Origin: Tubiluchus corallicola
Taxonomy: Eukaryota > Animalia > Priapulida
Direction of reading: 5' to 3'
Length of the DNA: 64,000 nucleotides
Assembly: GCA_030141605.1 (NCBI GenBank)
Contig: JAQGDQ010000340.1
Span: forward strand, 124,001 to 188,000
Under the pieces are notes generated by a model, which ran no database searches, was not told the origin of the DNA, and was given only the letters and a program-made list of their open reading frames with translations. Positions 1-26,515 of the stretch are shown here, piece by piece (positions within the stretch are counted from its first letter, which is position 1; each line of letters begins with the position of its first letter). Made by a program: the position numbers and the translations under genes.

Positions 1-360
1 CAGTCTAGACTCTACATCACTTGTTGGGCTCGCCCGTCGTTAAGATTTTAATCTATTGTTTAATTATCAGAAGCGCGTTTACAGTATTAATGGTGCTAAA
101 ATGTATACTTTTTGCCGTACTTGGAATGGGGTAATATATAAAAAATCATCCTGTCTTCCTTTAAACGATTTTATTTGGTCCAGCAATTACCATCTTACAC
201 CTATAAGCACCATTTACTGAGACGTTTTGCTCTTTAAAAGGGAAAACGCGTTATTGACATTGTTTTATTAGCACATAAATTAACCTTATTTAAAACTACG
301 GCAGACTGTTAATTGGGACTTATAATTGTTTTCTGTGAATGTAGGTAAAATGAAACAGCA

Positions 361-725
361 GTAAATAAAAGTTATTTAAAGGACAAGTAAACACTCTTTG
401 TAAAGTAAGCTTAAAAATCGTCTTAAACTTTTGCACCATTTACGTGCTTTCTTATTGCATACAGAGCTTGCGTTAGCGGCACAAATACTTTAAATTATTA
501 AGTTTTTCCAATTACACGAGTCTTTCAAACATGCTAGCATAATGACAAGTAATATGACTTTGTGTGGAAAAGTTTTCTGATAATTATTTTAAAATTCCGT
601 TTTCGTTAAGGCCTTGGCACACTTTAAACACGGTTCACACGAATAGCGTTCTCTTGCTCCAAAACCGTTATTCCAATATTGAACCATTTGATGTTCAGTG
701 TTCAGGGAAAGTAGGGCTATGAACA
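361..725 (-). other. Diverged direct duplicate of the TTLL terminal exon plus adjacent MITE; candidate alternative last exon (about 725-589)
   Basis: 361-700 aligns with 808-1185. The frame is open: QMVQYWNNGFGARERYSCEPCLKCAKALTKTEF* versus QMIHFWNNGVKTTECDSCESCSKCAKA*. Confidence 0.55.
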
Positions 726-1090
726 CTAGCTAAAAACACAGTCAGAACGTTCAGTATTCTGGGAAAGAAAGTTATTGTTTGTGAGAGGCAAAGAGGTAAA
801 GTTAACAATAAATAAGAGTTATTTAAAGGACAAGAAACACTTTTCATACATAAAGCTAAAAATCGTTTTAAAATTTTGCATCACTTTCGTGCTATCTTAT
901 TGCATACAAAGCTTGCGTCGATGTTGGCACAAACTCTTTAAAAATTCCTTGCTAAGATTTTTTTCAATTACAAAAGTCTTTCAAGCATGTAAGCTTAATG
1001 TTAAAAATATAAATTTGTATGGAAAGTTTTGGGAGGGGGGAAATTACTTTAAAATTCTGTTATCTTTAAATGAAGTTAAAGTGAATATCG

Positions 1091-16412
<15,322 letters not shown>

Positions 16413-16744
16413 TTGCGCTGATCCAGCTGTATTACAGGTTATATACAGGTTGTATTACAGGTTACAGGTTGTATTACAGCTGTATATGTGAAAAGTTAAA
16501 CTTCCGCGAGACAATTAAGACCGTGTCAGAAAGTGTCATGAAACTTTTATCTGTGTCAGAAAGTCAGTGGACAAGTGTCATGTTTCTTGGCCTTCAAGCG
16601 CAATCATAAATCACTCTGCCAATGTAAGGTGCAGTTGTTATAAAACGGTGGTCTAAAACACGAGTTATAAAATATGTATAAATTGAGAAGCCTTATCATA
16701 ATGGAGGAAAACATTAAAATCTATGCTAGTATTTATTATTTATT

Positions 16745-17115
<371 letters not shown>

Positions 17116-17444
17116 ACTACGTGTATGTGGTTGTGTATCTAATTATAAATGTCTTAACTTTGTAATAAAGTATTTACCAATTCCTAAGGTATGTTAATCA
17201 ATTTTGTTCTGTATTCCAAAGGTGATGGAAAAAAATGTGCTTATAAAAAAACTCTTGCCTAAAATTATTAATAGCATTTTGCCCTAAAGAACCGTTGACT
17301 TTCATTGCAGTGTGAACATTCTTTACTCATACACTGTAAGGAAACATTTGTTCTTGCCTTTCCTAGATTAGTATGTTCCCTAAAAATTCCTGCGATTCCC
17401 TGTGATTCCACTAGATCCACTTCATCAATAGATGAGCAAACTCA

Positions 17445-17660
17445 TGTGGTGTGTGTGATGTGGTGGGATGGTAGTGGTGTGTGTGTGTGTGTGGTGTTGG
17501 TGGAGTGGTGTAGGTGATGTTGGTGTAGTGTGGGTGATGTGGTGTGTTGTGGGTGGTGTGCTATGGTGTGGGTAGTGTGGTGTTGTGGGATGGTGCAGGT
17601 GGTGTGTTGTGAATGGAGCGGTGTGCTGGTTTGTTGTGGGTGGTGTGTTGTTGTTGTGAG
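17445..17660. repeat. TG-rich low-complexity tract
   Basis: Seen directly. Confidence 0.85.
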
Positions 17661-18869
17661 TTTATGCGCAAAATTCTTTTGCGGGGTTTGGCTAGTCATA
17701 AAATTATTGTGAGTTACAGAAACATAATAAATGGGTATTTCAAATTGACGTTGATGTAACAGCCTCGTGTCTTCAAACATTCTCAACTCTTGGCTAGGTC
17801 TCATGATTTTCTTTGTTTATTGTAGAACTTGCATCTTGCTGCAGACAAGATCAAGCTAAATAATCATGTTATGCTTCAGTAGTTGTTCCATGTTGAATTT
17901 TAACATACAAATAGCAAGGTGTTTGGTTGTTGCTGTGAAAGTTTCGTCTGATGGATTCGCACAATCATATAGTGTAAAAACAAGTGAACTACCAATGTGG
18001 TAAACTCGGAGATGCTTTAAATTTCTTTAATTTGATATGTTATCGATTTCTTTTTTAGTAATATAACACATGTTTAGCAATGCTAACACATTTCTTTACT
18101 ATGAGAGCTGAAATGGCTGCAATCTTGATTGATTTTAATTGATTTCATATATAAATATGTTTTGCTTTTTGGTACCTTACATCGGTACAAATATCGCAGT
18201 TTTTATGTAACCTTAACTATCAGTCACATTCGTTATGTCATCTGCTTTTCAGCATAATGGAAAATTAACAAACTAAAGGTATATAAGTGTATTTTTCATT
18301 TTTAAAAATTAATGTAGATGACGCCACATATTTGAATTTGCTGAATGCAATAAGCATGTTTTTGCTGCTTTTTCACTTTCAATTATAAAACTGATTTAAG
18401 CGTTTTATATATGCAATTTTAAGTTTAAAACTGAATTTCTTTGGGAAGGGGGTGTATAATTTGAAGACTGATGCAGCTGACGGTGCCTTGATTAGTTTTA
18501 AGATTTTGTCATTTGCATTATTATTATTATTGGTTTTGTAAGAACGTGCCGAGGTGCTTGGCAGTTACTCTTTTCATTTTTTTGTATAATATAATTATTT
18601 AGAAAAATTCTGATTAAAAGGTTTGCAGTTGCCATTGCAAAAGAATTCAAGGTGATTTGAGTAAAATTGATTTCGCGCATCAATCAGAATTTGTTCAGGA
18701 TTATATTTTTTATTTTCACATTATTTAAAGTTAATTTTCTTATAACTTTTATTGCTACTTAAAAGGTAACAAATAAATCATAAATAAGATCAAAATAAGC
18801 TGTGAGTGTGAGACTTTATTAAATTTTCGTCGCAAGGAAATTACAAAGATTAAAACTGGCAGCTTTTGC

Positions 18870-19241
18870 TTAGTCCATGTTTAGTAAAAAAGCAACAACA
18901 ACAAGTGATGCTACAGGTATGGCTGAGCAAATTTTGTAGCTCCCGTTTTCCATAGCTGCCGAAGTGCGTATATGCTGACAGTATTTCTTGATGTACGCTG
19001 TGTGATCTTTACAACATGTACGATACTTTGCCAAAGCTGTCCGATATTCACCAAAGAAAAACTTATCATCGACACCCGAGCAGACGGTGCATATCCGTTT
19101 TATATTTTTGTCTTCCTTTGATTCATCGGAGCATCGACCCACAGGTCCTTTCTGTAGATTCGAGTTACTTGTTTCACGTGATTTCTCTAACAACATGGCA
19201 AGAAACACCACCGTGGAGAGCAACTTAATGAAAAGCGACAT
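18870..19241 (-). CDS. Small secreted or GPI-anchored Cys-rich protein of unknown family (123 aa)
   Basis: The ATG directly follows a strong acceptor (tttcttttctgtcctatag|ATG). The N-terminus is hydrophobic (LLSTVVFLAMLL), the core is C-x13-CxxC-x21-CC-x10-C, and the C-terminal tail is hydrophobic (IPVASLVVVAFLL). AATAAA lies on the minus strand at 18815-18820. Confidence 0.7.
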   Translation of the reverse strand: MSLFIKLLSTVVFLAMLLEKSRETSNSNLQKGPVGRCSDESKEDKNIKRICTVCSGVDDKFFFGEYRTALAKYRTCCKDHTAYIKKYCQHIRTSAAMENGSYKICSAIPVASLVVVAFLLNMD

Positions 19242-19329
19242 CTATAGGACAGAAAAGAAAATTAGCATAAATGCTTACAGGCTTTCTTACAGCCCATTTA
19301 TATAAAGTACCCGGTAGATAATTATTATT

Positions 19330-19900
19330 CGTTTATTTAATCGTTTATTTATTGAAATGACCGTATATAGGCCTATGACAAAAATTAAGTGCAAAGACAA
19401 AAAAGAATAATAAACGAGATGCTAAATTGGATGCTGGAGAATGACAATGAGTAAAATTACTACCTACATAATTATGTCTGCAGAAATACAAATGTGTTGT
19501 GAAAAGTCAATTTTCATTAATGTTTGACTAAATAGTCACTGAAGGCAGCATTTACCGGTGGAGACTCATTTACAGTTTCAGGAAGAGAATTATATTTCTT
19601 GGCAAATCTTACTGGTAAACGAATTTTGAGCTACAGACGACGCAAATCGATTCACACAAAGTTTGTGGCAATGACCTCTAGTAATTCTGGGAGGTTGGGC
19701 AAAAATTAATTTCTATTGGAAGTGATTTTCTCTATGAATAATGCTGTAGCACATGTTCATATTATATTGAATCATCTACTCTAATGACAAGATATTCTAA
19801 TCTAAGTCTGTTAGGGTAAAAATATAGAACCTAAAATGTGACATGCTCAAATTATACCATCCTCCAGTTAAGCAACATCAAGCTATCAAGACTGATAAAC
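19330..19900 (-). mobile_element. Degraded CR1-clade LINE 3' fragment
   Basis: The minus strand gives RITRGHCHKL and NSLPETV, typical of the CR1 ORF2 C-terminus, with stops and frameshifts. Confidence 0.55.
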
Positions 19901-19905
19901 ACTTA

Positions 19906-20142
19906 CCCTATAAACTGGCCTCTGGATCAGTTGTCCACCCTATAAAGTGGCTCCTAGATCAGTTGTCCACCCTATAAAGTGGCTCCTAGATCAGTTGTCC
20001 GCCCTATAAAGTGGCTCCTAGATCAGTTGTCCGCCCTATAAAGTGGCTCCTAGATCAGTTGTCCACCCTATAAAGTGGCTCCTAGATCAGTTGTCCACCC
20101 TATAAACTGGCCTCTAGATCAGTTGTCCACCCTATAAAGTGG
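19906..20142. repeat. 32-bp minisatellite, about 7.4 copies
   Basis: Unit ccctataaagtggctcctagatcagttgtcca. Confidence 0.93.
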
Positions 20143-22929
20143 TACCTTCCCCTCAGCCACCCAGCTTACAAACACCGAAATACTATTAGGTGACATCATC
20201 CAATTTTCCCATAGAAACACCATGCAAACACCATGGTAACTGCTGTCATCTCATTTGGTGGAGCATGGCAGCTGAGAAGCTTATGAAGTTATAACGACGA
20301 ACAGCCAGTTAAGAGGGGTATAATAGAAACCCGATGAGGTTACGAGAAAACCTAATTAGGTCAACAATTATTGATACATTGTTAGCGCTGTATACACTCG
20401 TAAGCGTATTATTTTGACGTATTGCATTATTAAGAACATGATGTTTTGTGTGATGTACTTTCTAGTTTGTGTGTGATGTTTGTGTGTGATGTACTTTCTA
20501 GTTTGTGTGTGATGTTTATGTGTGATGTTATTATACGTTTATGTTTTGTGTTGAAATGTACGCTTTAATGTCGTTATGTTATTGTATGTATTATTAATTT
20601 TGCTAAGTATAGTATTGTAACGTATCCGGGTTCCAGCTCGGATCCCCTCTTCAGGATGTATAGAGCAGCATACAAGTTATGAAATACTTTACAGCAGACG
20701 AGAAAAGTAAAAAGAATACGAATGTAAAATAAACTTTAATGAACAACCAGTAGCTCCGTGACATGTGAACAGACTTTTGTATAAAAATCAGCAAACCTAC
20801 AGAATTCACCTTTACAAACAGAAAGGCCAGGTTGGAATCGAAATTCTATGCACGAAATCAACTCAAATATTGAACACAACTTTTCTTCAATAAATGTGAT
20901 GATTTAATTTTTGTTAAAGCTATGAATGTTTGTGGTGTACTAGTGCATTGTGTTTTGTGCTGTGTATCGGCCCTCACTAAGATTCACTAAAAATGTAAGT
21001 TCAGCGTTGCTCTTTGATAAAAGTTTGTTTTAACAACAATCTTTAACATGATGGAAAAATGAGCTGCACTAAAAAGAACAATGATTTTTGTATTTCCTAA
21101 AAAACCCTTGTCCAAAAATGATAAAAAATTAACCTGTCAGTAAAACTGTAGAAAAAATTGCACCACCACGTTCTTTGCAAAATGTTAGTTTTTCTCATTA
21201 ACAACACTAAACAGCCATATTGTCAACTAAGCAACTGCATCCAATTCTTTATTTTTTACCTTTATCATGCAACCATATTGATGAAAACAATTAAATAATT
21301 ATAAACAACTATGTGTGATGGTCCAGGATAGTAATGTAGGGAATCACTAGCCTAACAGCCGTGCACATTATTTGTTTACATTCACGAGCTAGGCTGATGA
21401 TGAAGAGATAAAATTTACCTTTCTTTTGCCTTTTTAATTTAATTTGGTGTTCTACAAAATTGCATTTTGCTCTCACAAATTATTACCCCTGGTAGCTAGG
21501 TCACTTGGGTGGGTATTCCGTCGTAGATGGAACCTGCGGAACTCATCCATAGGTACTTATCGTTTTGAGGAGGGATGTACCTCATCTTACCTAGTCTTGA
21601 TGATGTAGCAGGTTACAACTGCCGACCCTGGATAGGTGCTGCAGCACAGTTCTGCATTACCTGTTATTAAAGTCATCGCTTAAAACATCTTTATCAAATA
21701 AGAAACTTATCAAATAAGTAGCATGCACGACCTTTGTTACACCACTTTTTACTAGTGGTTCGAAAATCTTTCAAACTCAATTCGAATTCGGTTTGATTCG
21801 AGTGTTACAAATTCGATTCGAATTCTGAAGAGAACGTTCATTCCTATTTACCCGCGCACAAAACGTTTCAAAGAACCGGTGCTAGTGCTTTACTTTGCAT
21901 TGATTTTATTAAATTAGTACAGAAATAAAGTGACTGGTGTTCATCTTCTATTTTTAAACAGATTAGTCATTTGATTGGCAATCGGAAAATCGAATTCTGG
22001 TATTTGTTTTTAGATTGGTTACAAATTATTCTGACTTTCACCAAATTGTATATCGATACGTTGTGAAAACACAAAAACGAGCGTCAGGAAATGTTGTACA
22101 ACATTATGACAATGTTATTACGTTTTTATTACCTTGCTGATGAGCAAGGCATAGAGAAATTATTAAAGACTCATTAATTTGTTCCTCTGCACGGAAATCT
22201 TTAGTAAAAGGCGAAAGATTTATGCGTTCTGCAGAGAAACCAGAGTTACCACGAACACTGTCCCAGCTGCTTATAAAGCAGTGCTGCTGACAACTGCTTG
22301 TGGTGTGTTACGCATCGGTGAGCTAATAAAAGTATTCTATTAGTGGTGTGTTAGCAGCATGCCCTCAAAGCAGTAAAAGGGACGCTACTAGAATTTTATT
22401 TTTATTTCTAGGTATAGCGTAAATGCAATCAGTAAACATGCAAAAGCATAATAACGCTGCCTGAGTAGAAAAATTCTAAATCAGTTGAAAACTTGTTCAG
22501 AAATATTTGTTATGTGGTCTACCAGAGTCACCTGGTGGCCGAAATAGATAATAATACATAAAAACTTACAAACTTATCGTTTTCTAATACAAGAGTTTTT
22601 TTAACATGTTCAAAGTTATTAGGCACACTGTATAAATTGATTTAAATTAATCAGTCTGTAAATAAAATGTTTGCGACTTTTGCTGTTGCCACATTTCTGC
22701 TAAATGTTAGCGATGGTGCCGCCATTTGCGTTTAGTTTTCGTACAGTGCCACCAAAAAATCAAAAATAAAATAGACATACTTTGTCACGCACAGAACAAT
22801 ATTTGTGCAAAATATTATAGTGAAAGTTATACTCCACTGTCTATACAAGTGTCACTGTAACAGTGGTTGGTAATAAACCCACAGTAGAAAAATTACAACT
22901 TTGGCAAGGAAACAAGTGACATTTTGGCT

Positions 22930-23330
22930 AGGGTCCCAGGAAAAAAATTACAATTAACCTTGGATACGGTTGGAATTAGGGATAGGAGTTAGGGTTATTT
23001 TTTATTGTGTCTTTTTTGTATGACTTTTTTCCTGTGATTCTTACCTGTGACTTTCTTATCTATGACTTTTTTACTTGTGACTTTTTTACCTGTGACTTTT
23101 TTACATGTGGCTTTTTTACCTGTGAATTTTCTAACTGTGGCTTTTTTACCTGTGACTTTTTAACTGTGGCTTTTTTACCAATGACTTTTTTACCTATGAC
23201 TTTCTTGCCTGTGACTTTTTTACCTGAGACTTTTTTCCTGTGATTCTTACCCGTGACTTTTTTACCCATGACTTTTTTACCTGTGACTTTTTACCTGTGA
23301 CTTGTTTACTAGCGACTTTTTTACCTGCAC
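22930..23330. repeat. 15-bp minisatellite (tgtgacttttttacc), probably inside a small non-autonomous element
   Basis: About 20 copies, preceded by gggtcccaggaaaaaa and a ttaggg-like tract. Confidence 0.75.
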
Positions 23331-23499
23331 GCACATTTTGAGTCAGTGTGTACGATACATTCACAAATCTTACTGTAAATTAGCAAACAACATTAGATAA
23401 ATAATCGTAATCATAATTTTATTGCACGCAAAGAACTGACTGAATAAAACTGCGGCTACTTCAACATCCATTTTGCTTGTTTCTTTAGTGGTTAAAGAA

Positions 23500-24095
23500 A
23501 GACGATATGATTTTTCATATACTGCTCCATTTTCAAGTAGGATAAAACATTTTAACATCAATAATACTGTAAAAGTGCTTCTGATAATTAAATAATAGAT
23601 TAAAAACTTAATTAACGGCTGGCGAAAGCAACTATTGATGACGTCACAAACTGACTTAATTTTCAACATCAAAAACATTTCACGAGCGTGGTGCATGTGT
23701 TTGCGAAAGAGAAAAATGAAGTACTGTAAGATAGTCAGTGTGTTGTACTAAAACTAGGCAAATTTTAAGACAAAAATTCAAATTTCAAATTTACCGCTGT
23801 ATTCACGCATGAGTTGTCGAACGTGTGTAGTACGTCACAAACTAACACATCTAAACTGAAAGGTACAGCACCTGTTTTGTGCGACGCTATCCGAAATGCA
23901 GGCGCTAGTGCCCGTCTAACTAGCGAATGGCAAAATGCATGCAGCAGGGAAGAAGTAGTGGCGCGAACGTGAAATTGTCTTTGTGTGGCAATAAAAAAAA
24001 ATAGTAAGTTCTCCTTCAATATTTTAAAGAGTAGATTGTTTTGACCTACAGTTCAAGATTGGGTCTGGTTTTGCTTTAAATGATGGATTCCAGCC
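23500..24095. mobile_element. Interspersed repeat family; further copies at about 42490-42890 and 63350-63670
   Basis: Shared block tgtgttgtactaaaactaggca...aaattta(c/t)cgct; the first two copies also share gttttgacctacagtt. Confidence 0.75.
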
Positions 24096-24234
24096 TTTCG
24101 AAAAATAAGCTAAAGCAAAAAAACTTATGATTTTGCAGACAGTTGGTGTCGTTTTTTGTACTGCTTGTAGATGTAATTAACGTGAACGCGGCATAGAAGA
24201 ATAGAATGGTCCCGTACCCCCATCGGATCATAGG

Positions 24235-24812
24235 CAGGGTGCATAAGATTGTGGATATGTATAAAATAAATAAAATAGCTTATTTTACGGATTTTTGAAA
24301 TTTTATTTTATGAATATCAATAAAATAAGAAATAGACTATCTCTGGAACGAGATGCCCAGGGGGAAATCAATTAAAAAGTAAAAACAGGAAGTTTGAAAC
24401 GTGTTTTTAAACACGCAGGACTTAGTTTTAATTTTATCAGTTTCATATCACTTCAAATTTAATCAAATTTTACGAGACAATGGCTGGGTCTCTCTCAGTT
24501 ATTTTCAGACCGAACTTCAGCTCATGCTTTGGTTGAAACTTCGCCATCTTGATAACAAAAAGACAATGAGAAAAAAACAATGTAAAATAGCAAATCCGGA
24601 AATGCGCTTTTGTTGGTTTGTTTTCTTTCTCTTTCTCTCCTAGCGTTCGTTTTCAGTGTTGCCAATGCTTACAACTTGTTACTTTCTACAAAAAAAATCA
24701 CAAAAAAATATTTTTTTTTATTTTATGCATTTCTTATTTTATGGATTTTTCAAATTTTATTTTATGGATTTATGGTCTTATTTTATGGATATCCATAATC
24801 TTATGCAGCCTG
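24235..24812. mobile_element. hAT-like MITE
   Basis: TIR cagggtgcataagatt / aatcttatgcagcctg and a perfect 8-bp TSD, ATCATAGG (24227-24234, 24813-24820). Confidence 0.9.
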
Positions 24813-25074
24813 ATCATAGGACATGTTATTTATGACGGGCACCTGTTTGTGACGCTTCGGTACACATGGACAGGTAGCTAGCCGTCGTTCGGTAGTCTTT
24901 TCTCTTTAGAACGTGACTAAGTGCTCAATTAATGACGAAATTGCTTGAAAAAATGGTGATTGAGTGGGATTGGAACCTGGAACCGCTGGACCAACACAAA
25001 ATGGTGTAACAATTCGGTTACTTGCATCTTTGAACTTGGAAATGGGACAAACAAGCGCCTGTATCGAAACCGAG

Positions 25075-26515
25075 TTAAATACGGTGGCAAAACTTTCTCA
25101 GTACTGTACGAATGAGTGGGATTCGAACCCGGAATCGCTAAATACAGTGGCAAAACTTTCTCAGTACTGTACTGAATGAGCGGGATTCGAACCCGGAATC
25201 GCTAAATACAGTGGCAAAACTTTCTCAGTACTGTACGAATGAGTGGGATTCGAACCCGGAATCGCTAAATACAGTGGCAAAACTTTCTCAGTGCTGTACT
25301 GAATGAGCGGGATTCGAACCCGGAATCGCTAAATACAGTGGCAAAACTTTCTCAGCACTGTACTGAATGAGCGGGATTCGAACTCGGAATCGCTAAATAC
25401 AGTGGCAAAACTTTCTCAGCACTGTACTGAATGAGTGAGATTCTAACTCGGAATCGCTAAATACAGTGGCAAAACTTTCTCAGTACTGTACTGAACGAGT
25501 GGGATTCGAACCCGGAATCGCTAAATACAGTGGCAAAACTTTCTCAGTACTGTACTGAACGAGTGGGATTCGAACCCGGAATCGCTAAATACAGTGGAAA
25601 AACTTTCTCAGCACTGTACTGAATGAGCGGGATTCGAACCCGGAATCGCTAAATACAGTGGCAAAACTTTCTCAGCACTGTACTGAATGAGCGGGATTCG
25701 AACCCGGAATCGCTAAATACAGTGGCAAAACTTTCTCAGCACTGTACTGAATGAGCGGGATTCAAACCTGGAATCGCTAAATACAGTGGCAAAACTTTCT
25801 CAGTACTGTACTGAACGAGTGGGATTCGAACCCGGAATCGCTAAATACAGTGGCAAAACTTTCTCAGTACTGTACTGAATGAGTGGGATTCGAACTCGGA
25901 ATCGCTAAATACAGTGGCAAAACTTTCTCAGTACTGTACTGAACGAGTGGGATTCGAACTCGGAATCGCTAAATACAGTGGCAAAACTTTCTCAGTACTG
26001 TACTGAATGAGTGGGATTCGAACCCGGAATCGCTAAATACAGTGGCAAAACTTTCTCAGTACTGTACTGAACGAGTGGGATTCGAACCCGGAATCGCTAA
26101 ATACAGTGGCAAAACTTTCTCAGCACTGTACTGAATGAGCGGGATTCGAACCCGGAATCGCTAAATACAGTGGCAAAACTTTCTCAGTACTGTACTGAAC
26201 GAGTGGGATTCGAACTCGGAATCGCTAAATACAGTGGCAAAACTTTCTCAGTACTGTACTGAACGAGTGGGATTCGAACTCGGAATCGCTAAATACAGTG
26301 GCAAAACTTTCTCAGTACTGCACTGAATGAGTGGGATTCGAACTCGGAATCGCTAAATACAGTGGCAAAACTTTCTCAGCACTGTACTGAATGAGCGGGA
26401 TTCGAACCCGGAATCGCTAAATACAGTGGCAAAACTTTCTCAGCACTGTACTGAATGAGTGGGATTCGAACCCGGAATCGCTAAATACAGTGGCAAAACT
26501 TTCTCAGCACTGCAC
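25075..26515. repeat. 64-bp tandem array (about 22.5 copies) made of the last DUF229 codons, the stop and a tRNA-like B-box
   Basis: Unit gagtgggattcgaacccggaatcgctaaatacagtggcaaaactttctcagtactgtactgaat. The rightmost copy overlaps the CDS end (AVLRKFCHCI*). Confidence 0.97.

Noticed and set aside
22970-22998. Interstitial telomere repeat
   Set aside because: There are only two TTAGGG units, in a degenerate tract beside a minisatellite.
25075-26515. CRISPR array or tRNA gene cluster
   Set aside because: There are no unique spacers and no cas genes, and the context is eukaryotic. Only the T-arm/B-box is tRNA-like, with no D-arm, anticodon arm or acceptor stem.
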